Below are positions 27,641 through 36,730 of a stretch of 64,000 bases of DNA, piece after piece. Source of the stretch: a virus (Duplodnaviria > Caudoviricetes); the IMG/VR virus record IMGVR_UViG_2939311655_000001, positions 1 through 64,000 of that record. One strand, given 5' to 3'. A program made the translations under genes and the position numbers. Position 1 is the stretch's first letter; every line of letters starts with the position of its first letter. The notes beneath the pieces are model-generated. The model ran no database searches. It was not told where the DNA came from and was given only the letters and a program-made list of their open reading frames with translations.

Positions 27641-28276
27641 CTACTTGAGCTGCGACTTCATCCACCCGGCGAACTCATCCGCCGGGGTGAGGGGGCGTGT
27701 CTTATTGGCACCGGACGCCTGAGTGCGATCCGGTGCAGGACGCCGCGGGCCCTCCTGGGGCTGGACTCGCGCCCAGTGCGGCTTGCGCTCCAACAGCGCC
27801 TGAAGGTCGGCCTCAATGGCCGCCTCGTCGATGTCGCCATCGCCGTCGATGTACGAGTCGAGATCCAACGCACCGACCGCATCCTCCGGGTCCGCGAACC
27901 CGGCACCGGCCAGCGCCTGCACCTGGGACTTCACCAGGCGCTTCCGGGTCGCCGCGATCCGTTCCTCCGCAGCCGCGAGCTTGTCCGCGAGACGCTCGGT
28001 GTCCGTCTTCTCCGCGTCCTTGATGGCCTGGAGTTCGACCTGGGCCGCCTCGGCCTTCTTGAGGCGTTCGCGAAGGTTCTTGGATTCCGAGTTGGCCTTG
28101 CGGATCTTCGCTTCGGCCTGCTTCCGGTCGAACGGCTTCTCCTCGCCGCCGGCGTCCGCCTCCTGGGCGTCCTCCGGCGACTCGGCGCCATCCGTCTCCT
28201 CGGCGGTCGTCTCGTCGACGACCTCCTCAGTGCCGGCCTCGGACTGCTGCTCGGTGCTCTCGTTGTTCTCAGGCAT
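27641..28276 (-). CDS. Scaffolding protein
   Basis: Acidic N-terminus, coiled coil, FADPEDA, KPHW; upstream of capsid. Confidence 0.82.
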   Translation of the reverse strand: MPENNESTEQQSEAGTEEVVDETTAEETDGAESPEDAQEADAGGEEKPFDRKQAEAKIRKANSESKNLRERLKKAEAAQVELQAIKDAEKTDTERLADKLAAAEERIAATRKRLVKSQVQALAGAGFADPEDAVGALDLDSYIDGDGDIDEAAIEADLQALLERKPHWARVQPQEGPRRPAPDRTQASGANKTRPLTPADEFAGWMKSQLK

Positions 28277-28362
28277 GACGAATCGGCCCTCCAGGGGCTG
28301 TGGAAATGAGAAAGGCCGCCACCAGGGCAGCCATGGGTCAGAAAGTTCAGAGAGCCCGGCGC

Positions 28363-29118
28363 TCAGCCGTGCTCAGCGAGAGCGAGACGGAAACGCCTCA
28401 GCTGATCGCCGGAGTAGGGGGCCGCATACTCGCGGTACAGCCGCTCCCACACCTTCGCCTTGTCGGACAGCTCGAAACGCTGCCCGCGGAAGATCGGAAG
28501 CACGCCGCAGTGGCAGCCGTCATGTGCTTGGAAGTCCGCCGTGTCCTGCTTGTACACGGCGCCTCTTACGGCGAGCATCTTGCAGAACGCGCACGCCCCG
28601 AGTGCCGCAGCCCGCGCCCACGCCGTGGCCTGACGGTCCTGCCGCACCGCCTCCTGGACAGTGCCGCGGCCCGTATCAGCCACAAGCTTCTGCGCGACCG
28701 CCTCGGCCTTCTTCTCGGCCTGCTCCAACCGCACATCAAGCGGCTGGCGCTGCGCCTCAGTAGTCCGTGGGTCGTCTGGGTCTCTCTCCCAGACATCCTT
28801 GGTGGCCCACCGAAGCGACGACTCGGTCTGCTCAGCCGGCGGCGGATCCAGCACCGGAACCGTGAACGAATCCAGTACCCCCGCCGCGGTCCGCTGGGCG
28901 TCGTAGAACTCGGCCCCCAGCGCGGCCGAGGTGCGGGCGTACTGGTCGACGACCTCCTGCATCGCCGTGAACCAGTCCGGCATCGAAGTCGGCAGCTGCG
29001 ACGGAATGATCAACCGCCTCAGACGGCGAACATCTCTCACCAGCAGCCTCGACAAACCGCGTTGCGCCGCCCGCAACCGGTCGGCGTCACCACCACCGTC
29101 AGAGACCGTCGCCGCCAC
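28363..29118 (-). CDS. Minor capsid / MuF-like (VG15-type) protein
   Basis: WAR, ACAFCKMLA.RG.VY, HDGCHC; between portal and scaffold. Confidence 0.78.
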   Translation of the reverse strand: MAATVSDGGGDADRLRAAQRGLSRLLVRDVRRLRRLIIPSQLPTSMPDWFTAMQEVVDQYARTSAALGAEFYDAQRTAAGVLDSFTVPVLDPPPAEQTESSLRWATKDVWERDPDDPRTTEAQRQPLDVRLEQAEKKAEAVAQKLVADTGRGTVQEAVRQDRQATAWARAAALGACAFCKMLAVRGAVYKQDTADFQAHDGCHCGVLPIFRGQRFELSDKAKVWERLYREYAAPYSGDQLRRFRLALAEHG

Positions 29119-30562
29119 CGTCGACCTCCACCACACCCGGAAGCCCAGCAGTTGGCGCATCCCCCATAGCGGCCAGTCGGTCCAGCAGACCGCCGCCAGT
29201 AGCCGCGGCGCTAGTACGCCTCCGATCGGCACGGACACGCTGCCGCTGGTTCTCGCTGAGCCCAGCCATCTCCAGTGCGACGTCAGAGTCCGCAGGGACA
29301 ATGCCCGCTTGGACCAGCTTGACCGTAGCGTCCGCCTGAGCAGCCACCGTCGGAGTCGCCGGATTACGGAACACCGTCTCAATACGGCGAGTCTTCTCCG
29401 GCGGCTCCCCATCGCGGATCCACAGGGCCAGGCGCATCGCCTGCTGCCACGCAGACCCGAACCGGCGAATCCTCCGCTCGGAGCGCTTCACGAGCTTCGC
29501 CTCGGTCGACCGGATCGCATCAGCAGACGCCGGATTGTCCGTGGTGTAGCCGAGCATGTGCGGCGGCAGACCGAACTGGGCCGACATGATCCGCGCATAC
29601 AAGTCGATGATCTTCGTCATGCCAGTCGGATCATGCGCCGAAAACTGGCCCACCGTCGGAACGTTGCCGTCCTCATCCCGCTCCAAAGCGAGCATGCGGC
29701 CGATATACGTCTCCCACGCCGACTTCGCCGTCCCGTCAGCGTCCTGGAACGCCGACTCGCTCACACCCAGCAGGTAGCGCTGCGGCGCCCCGAAGAACTC
29801 GGCGGCCACCTCAATACCCATCAGACGCCGGCACGCCGCATCCGTAATCGACATGACCTCCGGCGTGATCTCCGACCGACCAACCCGGTCCGCGGTCCGC
29901 TGCCGATTCGCCATCCGCACGACCGGAACCACACCGAGCCGGTGCATGTCCCGCTCAATGACCTCCCAGCCACCCGACGGGGAAGGCAGGCAAGTAATGG
30001 TCTGATCGGGGGTGTACAGGACCAGCATCCGCTCCTCAGGGCCCGACTCGATGTACGAGTCCGCGGCGCACTCCCTCAGGGCGGCGGTGCCCATCCGCAG
30101 ACGGGCGTCCCACATCAGCGTCATGTCCAGCGGCGATTCCACCGTGATCAACGGCGGGCAGTCCTCCCCGCAGTCACCCGATCCGACCGCAAGATACTCG
30201 CGGCCGTAGATCAGCGCATCCGTGTGGGCCAGGCTCGACTCCTCGATCAGTTCGTTCGCCTCGACGATCTCGTCCAGCTCCGCACTGTCCGCCCCGTCCG
30301 CCCACCGGACCGCCTCCAGGTCAATCCGCTCCTCCAGCGACTCAACGCCGACCCGCGGCCAACCGATGATCGTGTGCAAACCCCTGAGCTGCGGAGGGAT
30401 CGAAATGCCCAGGTCCCGGACCAGCTGCTCGCCGTTGAAGTACGCATCCCGCAACAGCAGGCTCCAGCGGTCCCGCAGCATGTCGCCGCGCAACATCTGG
30501 ATCAGGGCGTGCTCGTCATCGGAAAGGTTCACCAGCGGCAGCTCAGGAATGGAAATGGTCAT
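29099..30562 (-). CDS. Portal protein (SPP1 gp6-like)
   Basis: IGWP, GRSEI, FFGAPQR, NPASADAI. Confidence 0.92.
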   Translation of the reverse strand: MTISIPELPLVNLSDDEHALIQMLRGDMLRDRWSLLLRDAYFNGEQLVRDLGISIPPQLRGLHTIIGWPRVGVESLEERIDLEAVRWADGADSAELDEIVEANELIEESSLAHTDALIYGREYLAVGSGDCGEDCPPLITVESPLDMTLMWDARLRMGTAALRECAADSYIESGPEERMLVLYTPDQTITCLPSPSGGWEVIERDMHRLGVVPVVRMANRQRTADRVGRSEITPEVMSITDAACRRLMGIEVAAEFFGAPQRYLLGVSESAFQDADGTAKSAWETYIGRMLALERDEDGNVPTVGQFSAHDPTGMTKIIDLYARIMSAQFGLPPHMLGYTTDNPASADAIRSTEAKLVKRSERRIRRFGSAWQQAMRLALWIRDGEPPEKTRRIETVFRNPATPTVAAQADATVKLVQAGIVPADSDVALEMAGLSENQRQRVRADRRRTSAAATGGGLLDRLAAMGDAPTAGLPGVVEVDGGGDGL

Positions 30563-32190
30563 CGCAGTACCACCACCCGTCCCGACTTGCCGGTCTTCTT
30601 CTTGCCGAGACCCTTGGCCATGGCGTCGACTCGGGCCTGCCAGGCGAGCACTGCGGCAATGGCGACGTCGATCTTCTTCGAGCTGTCCGGGTGTTCCTTC
30701 ATGATCTGGATTCCGCTACGCGACTCGCGGCGCCGCGCATTGAGGATGTGCCTCGTCATGACGCTCGACCCGTCATGGGTGAGCTCGCCATCTACGACGC
30801 TGGAACGGAACTTCTCCAGAGCGCGCACGATGTGGCCGGAGCGGCCACCAGTCATCCACCACTCGATGGGGTGCTGGGTCGACGCCTTGAGCTTCAGCCG
30901 GCGGCCGTGATCAGCCTCCCACTTCGCCACATGCGACTCCCAACGGGCCGGGTCGGCGTACATACCCACCACCTTGTACTCCCGGAACGCGTCCTCCACC
31001 GTGGCAAGCACCTCCACTGTGGGCACCTGCCAGTCCTGGCCGAAGGGCCCGTCCGGCTGCTCCCAGCAGCCCAGCAGGAACAGGTGACCGTCCGAGACCC
31101 GGCAGCCGACCAGGGCCGTCGCGTCCGTGACGCCACGATTGCGGCGCCGTGACCCGTCGAAGCCGATCACGATCTCCTCGCCGCGCCCTACGACCTTGTC
31201 AGCCGCAGCCACACCCGCCCATTCAGGCTGGGAGATCCACGAGTCAGAGGCGTGGGTGATCTGGTTCAGGAAGTCTGCGCGAGCGGTCTGCGGGTCGGTA
31301 CTCGGATCCCAGATCGTCGCAACGATCGTGTCCAGGTCGACATGCCCGCCATTGCGATCCGCAGAGTCCCCGTAGGTGTAGGCGAGCCCGGCCGTAAGGG
31401 ACTGCCGGTCGGTCATGTCGGTCTCGGGAGGAGCCTCACGGTGGTCGTAGAAGAGGCCGTCGTCCTTGGCCCGCCCCTCACGGATCTTCGCCCAGAAGGC
31501 TGCCGACTCCTCAGCCACGCTGCCCTCGCCCGGGATGAAGGCGTTCGGCGACTCGATCGTCGTGCCGCCCACCTTCGCGGCGTTGATCCGCATCGTTTCA
31601 GCAAGCCGGTTCCCGCGGTTCGAGCGAACCCATTCCTCTGTCTGGTCCAGCACGGCGAAGACGGGCTTGTTGCCCTTCACCGTTCGTGCCGACGAGGTGA
31701 TCGGCTCGATGCGACCGCGCGGCAGGTTCACGAAGGTGTCCAGTGGCTCAAGGCCCGGGTACTCGTCAAGCACAGGGCCCTGCAGCATCTCCAGCAGCGG
31801 CGTCCACGTGTTCTTGGTCTGCGTCTCCGACACCGCCGCAATCTGCACCAGCGGGGTACGAACCTCCGACCACGGCTTACCGACCGGCTGCCCCTCCGCG
31901 TCCCAACCATCCGGGACCACCGGGCCGAGAGCCTCAACGATCGCCAAGGCTGCCAGGAAGGGCGACTTCCCCCAGCCGCGCGGCCGACTGATAACGCCGC
32001 GCCTGAAGCGCCGCTTCCCTGTCTGCGGATTCAACTCGTAGTAGCGGAGGACGAAATCCTCCTGCTCCGGGTACAGCAGGAAGGGCTCGTAGTCCCCGCG
32101 GTCCGGGGCGGCCAGCATCTCCGAAATCCAGTCGATAACCTCGTAGCCGAGGGTCGGCACCGCGCCCGGCTCCGGCGGCATCCAGGGCAC
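30559..32190 (-). CDS. terL: Terminase large subunit
   Basis: Walker A RGWGKS, VLDQTE, GFDGS...DATAL, KIDVAIA. Confidence 0.93.
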   Translation of the reverse strand: MPWMPPEPGAVPTLGYEVIDWISEMLAAPDRGDYEPFLLYPEQEDFVLRYYELNPQTGKRRFRRGVISRPRGWGKSPFLAALAIVEALGPVVPDGWDAEGQPVGKPWSEVRTPLVQIAAVSETQTKNTWTPLLEMLQGPVLDEYPGLEPLDTFVNLPRGRIEPITSSARTVKGNKPVFAVLDQTEEWVRSNRGNRLAETMRINAAKVGGTTIESPNAFIPGEGSVAEESAAFWAKIREGRAKDDGLFYDHREAPPETDMTDRQSLTAGLAYTYGDSADRNGGHVDLDTIVATIWDPSTDPQTARADFLNQITHASDSWISQPEWAGVAAADKVVGRGEEIVIGFDGSRRRNRGVTDATALVGCRVSDGHLFLLGCWEQPDGPFGQDWQVPTVEVLATVEDAFREYKVVGMYADPARWESHVAKWEADHGRRLKLKASTQHPIEWWMTGGRSGHIVRALEKFRSSVVDGELTHDGSSVMTRHILNARRRESRSGIQIMKEHPDSSKKIDVAIAAVLAWQARVDAMAKGLGKKKTGKSGRVVVLR

Positions 32191-32666
32191 TACGCCCCCT
32201 CCGCCTTCGGGTCCGGCAGAGCGCGGAGCACTCCGCGCCGTTGCCGCGCCGAGCCCGCCCCCTCTGGCCGTTTACTGTCCGCCTCGTCCGCCTGGGCGAA
32301 CTGCATCCGCAGCCGCGCCCGGTCCTCAGGAGTCGCACCGAACTTCGCGACCCGGAGCCGCAGCTCGCCCGCCGCGGACATCTCGCCGGACCACAGACGG
32401 GCATGCACCACGGCCGTGTCGAGGAGGAAGTCCCAGTCTGTCGAGGAGAAGTGCTCTGCCTGCGGAGAGGCCTTCCACATCTCCCACCAGTCCAGGGTGC
32501 GCGCCGGCCAGGCGTACTCGATCAGGTCACCGTCCTTCATCACCGACAACGTCGGCAAGTCAGGAGGCTCGGCCTGCTCGAAGCGGAGAACCGTCTGAGC
32601 CTGAGGGTCCTTGTTCTGACGAGCCCGCCGCGAGGGGTCCTTCGGGGCGGGACCTTGACCGGCCAC
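32190..32666 (-). CDS. terS: Terminase small subunit
   Basis: GQGPAPK, ELRLRVAKFGATPEDRARLR. Confidence 0.85.
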   Translation of the reverse strand: MAGQGPAPKDPSRRARQNKDPQAQTVLRFEQAEPPDLPTLSVMKDGDLIEYAWPARTLDWWEMWKASPQAEHFSSTDWDFLLDTAVVHARLWSGEMSAAGELRLRVAKFGATPEDRARLRMQFAQADEADSKRPEGAGSARQRRGVLRALPDPKAEGA

Positions 32667-32689
32667 GGCGACCACCCCCACTCATGATC

Positions 32690-32780
32690 CAAATTCCCCA
32701 GGCCCGTAGGAATCCTTAGCGCGTATACGTCCCCGATGGGCATAACTCCAGGTCAGGGGCATATCCCCAGGTCAGAGGCT
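32690..32780 (-). other. Candidate cos/packaging site region
   Basis: Non-coding gap upstream of terS with CCAGGTCAG x2, GGGGCATATCCCC near-palindrome and CGGGGACGTA (32726-32735, minus strand). Confidence 0.4.
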
Positions 32781-33014
32781 TGATCAGTTCGACCTCGCCG
32801 GCCGAGTCCCCGACAGGCGCGAGCGAGATCATCACTTGTCCAGCCAGGTGTTCGATCGGTCATCGAATCGACCTTCGTCTCGATCTCGATTCGGTGATCT
32901 TCGAGTGTTGGTCACGCAACGTCGATGACCATCGCCAGCCGCAACGGCGCAACCACCGATGCGGCTCACCCGCCGACCTGCCGGCCGCAGCCCTGGGTCC
33001 GCCGACTGCTACCC

Positions 33015-33989
33015 CTATGCGACTGCGGACCACCCGTCGACCAGGTCTCGCTTGACGCTGTTGCAGTAGAAGTGAGCTGTCTTGAGGTTGTCCTCGGTGT
33101 GGGATCCGCCTCGCGCGATGGGGGTGACATGGTCAAGCGTGGGTGCGGCAAGATCGGGAACCTGGGCGTCGCGGTCTACCGGATCGCCGCAGATGTGACA
33201 GGTCCAGCGATCCCGCTCGAAGATCTGCCAGCGGGCAACTGCTCGCCCCTGGGCCCCTGCTTGAAGTGCCCGCCGAAGTGATGCTGCTGATCGAACCCTG
33301 CATCGACGCGAGCAATACCCTGTTGGCTCGCCGGTGCTGTGCCGCGTGAAGTGCTCACCGCATCGCCCGCACCGCCCGGAGCTCCATACCCCTGCGCCCT
33401 TCACGCCGGCCGCCGCCCGCTCCAACACGCGTTGCGCTCTGCGTCGGCGGGTCTTCTTGCGCTCCCGAGCTAGGTGGTCGGATTTTGTCATTCCGACGTA
33501 GCTTTCTTGCGGCCGGCCCAAGCCGTACCGGGAGTCGTAGAAGCATTGGTGCGAGCAGTACAGGGCGGTGGTCTTGGTGACTACGGCTTCTATACCGCAG
33601 TGAGCGCAGGCGATCGGGTACGCCTTTGTCCGCGGCCGGTCGTACAGCCGGGTCTGGTAGTACCCGTGCTTCTCCTTGTACTGCCGTTGATAGTCGCGCA
33701 TTCGCTCTGCGTTGAACGCTCGCTTGCACTCCGAGGATCCACATTGTTTACGGCGGGGATGCGTCATCGGAGTTTGGCAGTACGGGCAGGGACGCGCGCC
33801 GCTTGTCCGCCTTCGTACCGTGCTCTGCCGTTCGCGCGCCAGAGCTTCCTCGTACCGACCGTCTTGCCGCATTCGTCTGTGACTAGCGGATCTTCGGCAG
33901 GCGGCCGAGCAGTACGTCGGTACAGGGCCAGTGGGGGCGATGGCGCTCTGGTTGCCGCAGTGGGCACAGAGGATGTGCGCGGGTCTCAT
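33015..33989 (-). CDS. HNH endonuclease with multiple Cys4 zinc fingers
   Basis: Several CxxC...YCSxxC units; ERDRWTCHICG...TLDHVTP...GGSH...AHFYCN. Confidence 0.88.
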   Translation of the reverse strand: MRPAHILCAHCGNQSAIAPTGPVPTYCSAACRRSASHRRMRQDGRYEEALARERQSTVRRRTSGARPCPYCQTPMTHPRRKQCGSSECKRAFNAERMRDYQRQYKEKHGYYQTRLYDRPRTKAYPIACAHCGIEAVVTKTTALYCSHQCFYDSRYGLGRPQESYVGMTKSDHLARERKKTRRRRAQRVLERAAAGVKGAGVWSSGRCGRCGEHFTRHSTGEPTGYCSRRCRVRSAASLRRALQAGAQGRAVARWQIFERDRWTCHICGDPVDRDAQVPDLAAPTLDHVTPIARGGSHTEDNLKTAHFYCNSVKRDLVDGWSAVA

Positions 33990-33991
33990 TC

Positions 33992-34040
33992 TGTCTCCAG
34001 GCATGCGGAAGGCCCGATGCCTGGAGACATCGGGCCTTCC
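33992..34040 (-). promoter_or_regulatory. Mutually exclusive hairpins over the HNH RBS
   Basis: 13-bp IRs 34007-34019/34028-34040 and 33992-34004/34017-34029 overlap. Confidence 0.6.
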
Positions 34041-34084
34041 TTCCCGCAGGAGCTACCTGCGGGTGTCTTGGGTTGGGGCGCGGG

Positions 34085-34339
34085 TCAGCGCTTCCGTTTG
34101 GATCCGCGGTTGGCCTTCGATCCTGGCCACTTTCCTGTGGCTTCGTGGAAGCGAAGCGCGCAGTATCCGCGCGCTCGCGGTCCCATGAAGCGTTGCACGC
34201 GGCTCACGCAGCGGGTGAACGAGCCGGAGCGGAGGGAGTAGCCGACGCCGGCTGCTTTGCCGCCGCTGGTGGGTCGGTCGCTCCAATAGCGGCGGCCTTC
34301 GCGGACGATGCGGCGGTTGAACTTGGCGCGGCTTGCCAC
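34085..34339 (-). CDS. Small basic protein with FTRCV...GYCA..FHEATGKWPG motif
   Basis: AAGGAG RBS; motif recalled from actinophage head-region proteins. Confidence 0.7.
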   Translation of the reverse strand: MASRAKFNRRIVREGRRYWSDRPTSGGKAAGVGYSLRSGSFTRCVSRVQRFMGPRARGYCALRFHEATGKWPGSKANRGSKRKR

Positions 34340-34345
34340 GTTGGA

Positions 34346-34567
34346 TCACTCCTTCGTTGGCGCGGGCTCCTCGATGTCGTCTGCCTCGATGTCGTCGACT
34401 CGTTCGATGTGGGCGCCGGCGTGGGCGGGTATGGCGAAGCAGATCCCGTTGGCGTCTTTGAGGGTGGCCCAGCCGTTGGTGAAGCCGAGGGTGAGGTGTG
34501 GGTCGGCGATGAGGATGTCGTCGATGGGCTTGCCGGGGCGGCGGATGAGGTAGGCGGGCACAGTCAC
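34346..34567 (-). CDS. Hypothetical protein
   Basis: GTGA-coupled start MTVPAYLIR. Confidence 0.65.
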   Translation of the reverse strand: MTVPAYLIRRPGKPIDDILIADPHLTLGFTNGWATLKDANGICFAIPAHAGAHIERVDDIEADDIEEPAPTKE

Positions 34568-34812
34568 CACAGCTTCACGGGCTGGCGCGTGAAGGCGTAT
34601 TCCACTGCCCACGGATCGAGAGCAGCCAGGCCTTCGGGGATGTCTTCTTCGTCCCCCTCGCCGCAGAAGGTAGTGACCAGGCTGATTGAAAGTTTCGGTT
34701 CCTTCGCCAGGACGAGTCCGTTGCTCACGCTATGCCTGAGCGCCGCAACGAGGGCAGCGCTCTCGGAGAGCTCGCGCCCCTCGTCCGTGAACACGAGAAG
34801 AGACATGCGCAT
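34564..34812 (-). CDS. Hypothetical protein
   Basis: 82-aa ORF in operon. Confidence 0.55.
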   Translation of the reverse strand: MRMSLLVFTDEGRELSESAALVAALRHSVSNGLVLAKEPKLSISLVTTFCGEGDEEDIPEGLAALDPWAVEYAFTRQPVKLW

Positions 34813-34816
34813 GAGG

Positions 34817-35110
34817 TCACCTCAGTCCAGGGTGTTGTTCGGGTGGCCGTGTTCGTCCGGGCCGGCCTTTCGCTTTGGCGGCGGCTGCACCTTCACGTGC
34901 ACTCTTCTGGTCATGGCATGGTCCACACACGCCTTGAAGATCCGAGTCCTCATTCAGGTCAGCCTTGGCGATGATGTGGTCGCAGAAGGCGCTGGGCCTC
35001 ACGCCGCACAGGACGCAAATCCTGTCCCGTTCGAGAATCCGAGCTCGGATCTTCGACCACCCAGAGGGCAGCCGGCTGCGCCGGTCGGACCCTGTCCAGC
35101 CTCCGCTCAT
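34817..35110 (-). CDS. Small HNH endonuclease (terminase-associated, gp74-like)
   Basis: WSKIRARILERD..CVLC...DHII...LQGVCGPCHDQKS. Confidence 0.85.
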   Translation of the reverse strand: MSGGWTGSDRRSRLPSGWSKIRARILERDRICVLCGVRPSAFCDHIIAKADLNEDSDLQGVCGPCHDQKSAREGAAAAKAKGRPGRTRPPEQHPGLR

Positions 35111-35112
35111 GG

Positions 35113-35760
35113 CTACTCCTCGGGGCTGCGTTCGGTGTTGCCGTTGAGCGCGCGGAGGGTGCCGCACTGTTCGTAGGCGACGGGCGCGCTATCGGTCGTC
35201 TGCCCGGGGAAGTCGTAGTCGGAGCATTCCCAGCAGATCGTCTTGCCGCGGTGCTCGACCGGCTGGTGTAGTCGGCGGACGCGCTCGATGGCTTCAGCCT
35301 TGTCGTCGCAGTCGCGCCGGATACCGGCGACCGCGTTCCGGATGTCGTCCCAGTCGCGGAGCCGGTCCATGCCGAGTGCGTCGGTGAGGGCGGCCTTACG
35401 GTCGCCCTGGTTCTGTCCGACCGCTTCCACCACCTTGGTCTGCGCGGAGACCGCTTCGGCCATGACCGTGTCCGTGAAGCCGGTGAGGTCGGGTTCGACG
35501 CGGAGCCGGACGACATTGCCGTCTGCGGCTTCCTGGACGTGAGTGAGGGTGATCTCGTTGGCGGGGATGTCGATGGTGTCGTCGAAGACGAGGACGCCTC
35601 GGGCACCGATCTTGTCGGCGAGCTGCTGCCAGTGATCCTGCCATGACGAGTCGAGGCCGACCACGATGCGCTGGGGCATGCACTCATCGACGACGAGGAC
35701 GAATGGCGGCCGGTCGTCTCCGCTGCCTTCGGGGAGTTCGAGGATCTGCAGGCGGGCCAT
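35113..35760 (-). CDS. Hypothetical phage protein
   Basis: MARLQILELP, PPFVLVVD; C-terminal CxxC...C-TLRAL. Confidence 0.7.
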   Translation of the reverse strand: MARLQILELPEGSGDDRPPFVLVVDECMPQRIVVGLDSSWQDHWQQLADKIGARGVLVFDDTIDIPANEITLTHVQEAADGNVVRLRVEPDLTGFTDTVMAEAVSAQTKVVEAVGQNQGDRKAALTDALGMDRLRDWDDIRNAVAGIRRDCDDKAEAIERVRRLHQPVEHRGKTICWECSDYDFPGQTTDSAPVAYEQCGTLRALNGNTERSPEE

Positions 35761-36080
35761 CAGCCGGTCACCGCTTCGTAGGTGGCGGCGAAGATGTCGG
35801 GCTTGCAGGGGTAGAACTCGCCCTGAACGCCGCGGATGACGTAGTCGCCGAGGCTGACCTTCATGTCGCCTTCGAGGGTGCGGATGACGATGAGCCCGTC
35901 AGCCGGGTCGATCGTGACCCCGGCGGCGACCGGGCTGTATCCGGGGCCGTCACCGGCGGGTTGGGTGGATCCGATGTAATTCTCGACCCACTGGTAGACC
36001 TCCATGCCCTGGGTGGGGGTGGCGTCAGCGGGAAGAAGCATCGCTTCGATCTCGACTGGCTTCTTGCGGTATCGGGCCAT
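35760..36080 (-). CDS. Hypothetical protein (PGDYG-like)
   Basis: YRKKPVEIEA...IRTLEG...GDYVIRGVQGEFYPCKPDIF. Confidence 0.8.
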   Translation of the reverse strand: MARYRKKPVEIEAMLLPADATPTQGMEVYQWVENYIGSTQPAGDGPGYSPVAAGVTIDPADGLIVIRTLEGDMKVSLGDYVIRGVQGEFYPCKPDIFAATYEAVTG

Positions 36081-36102
36081 GGCGCGGGCTCCTGGTGGTG
36101 AG

Positions 36103-36360
36103 TTACGGCTGTTCAATGAGGTGCCAGACAAGTTGTCCGCCGGGCGCGATGACCGTGCCCCGGTAGCAGGTGTCGTCTGGGATGGGGTGTCCGGTGCCGT
36201 ACACGCGGTAGTGGCGGGCGGGGAGGTCGTCACGGCTCCAGGCCCAGAACTCAACGACGCGTGGGTCCCGGCAGTCGACGTGCAGTGGGGTGCTGCACCC
36301 GGTGATCTCGTGCCAGCGGTCGTCAACGGGAACCTCGTAGCGGAAGATCCGGCCGGTCAT
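36103..36360 (-). CDS. Hypothetical phage protein
   Basis: IFRYEVPVDD...VYGTGHP...LVWHL. Confidence 0.7.
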   Translation of the reverse strand: MTGRIFRYEVPVDDRWHEITGCSTPLHVDCRDPRVVEFWAWSRDDLPARHYRVYGTGHPIPDDTCYRGTVIAPGGQLVWHLIEQP

Positions 36361-36716
36361 GTCAGATCCTCCCCGGGCAGTTCGACGTTCCGTCCGGCCC
36401 GTGTGCAGCGGGGGCAGATGCCGACGCTGCGGCCGGAGCCGGGCCCGTACTCGGGGTCGGGGATGCTGCCGCCGAACTGGTGCCCGCCGTAATAGCAGGT
36501 GCAGAGGAGACAGGGCAGCCAGAAGAAGCCGTGCTTCCCGGCGTAGTCGCGGTGGATGCGGGCCCACCGTTGAGGGAGGAGCCGCACCCATTTCTCGCTC
36601 GACAGGTCGCGGGTGGTGCCGACGGACAGCGGTGGGTGGATCCCGAGACGCCAGTACCAGAGGCACTCGATCAATCCTGGGGGCCGTATGCGCATCGTGG
36701 CGGAGTACCGAGTCAT
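36357..36716 (-). CDS. Hypothetical Cys-containing protein
   Basis: FWLPCLLC...ICPRC; GGAGG RBS. Confidence 0.6.
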   Translation of the reverse strand: MTRYSATMRIRPPGLIECLWYWRLGIHPPLSVGTTRDLSSEKWVRLLPQRWARIHRDYAGKHGFFWLPCLLCTCYYGGHQFGGSIPDPEYGPGSGRSVGICPRCTRAGRNVELPGEDLT

Positions 36717-36730
36717 GGCGCGGTCCTCCG

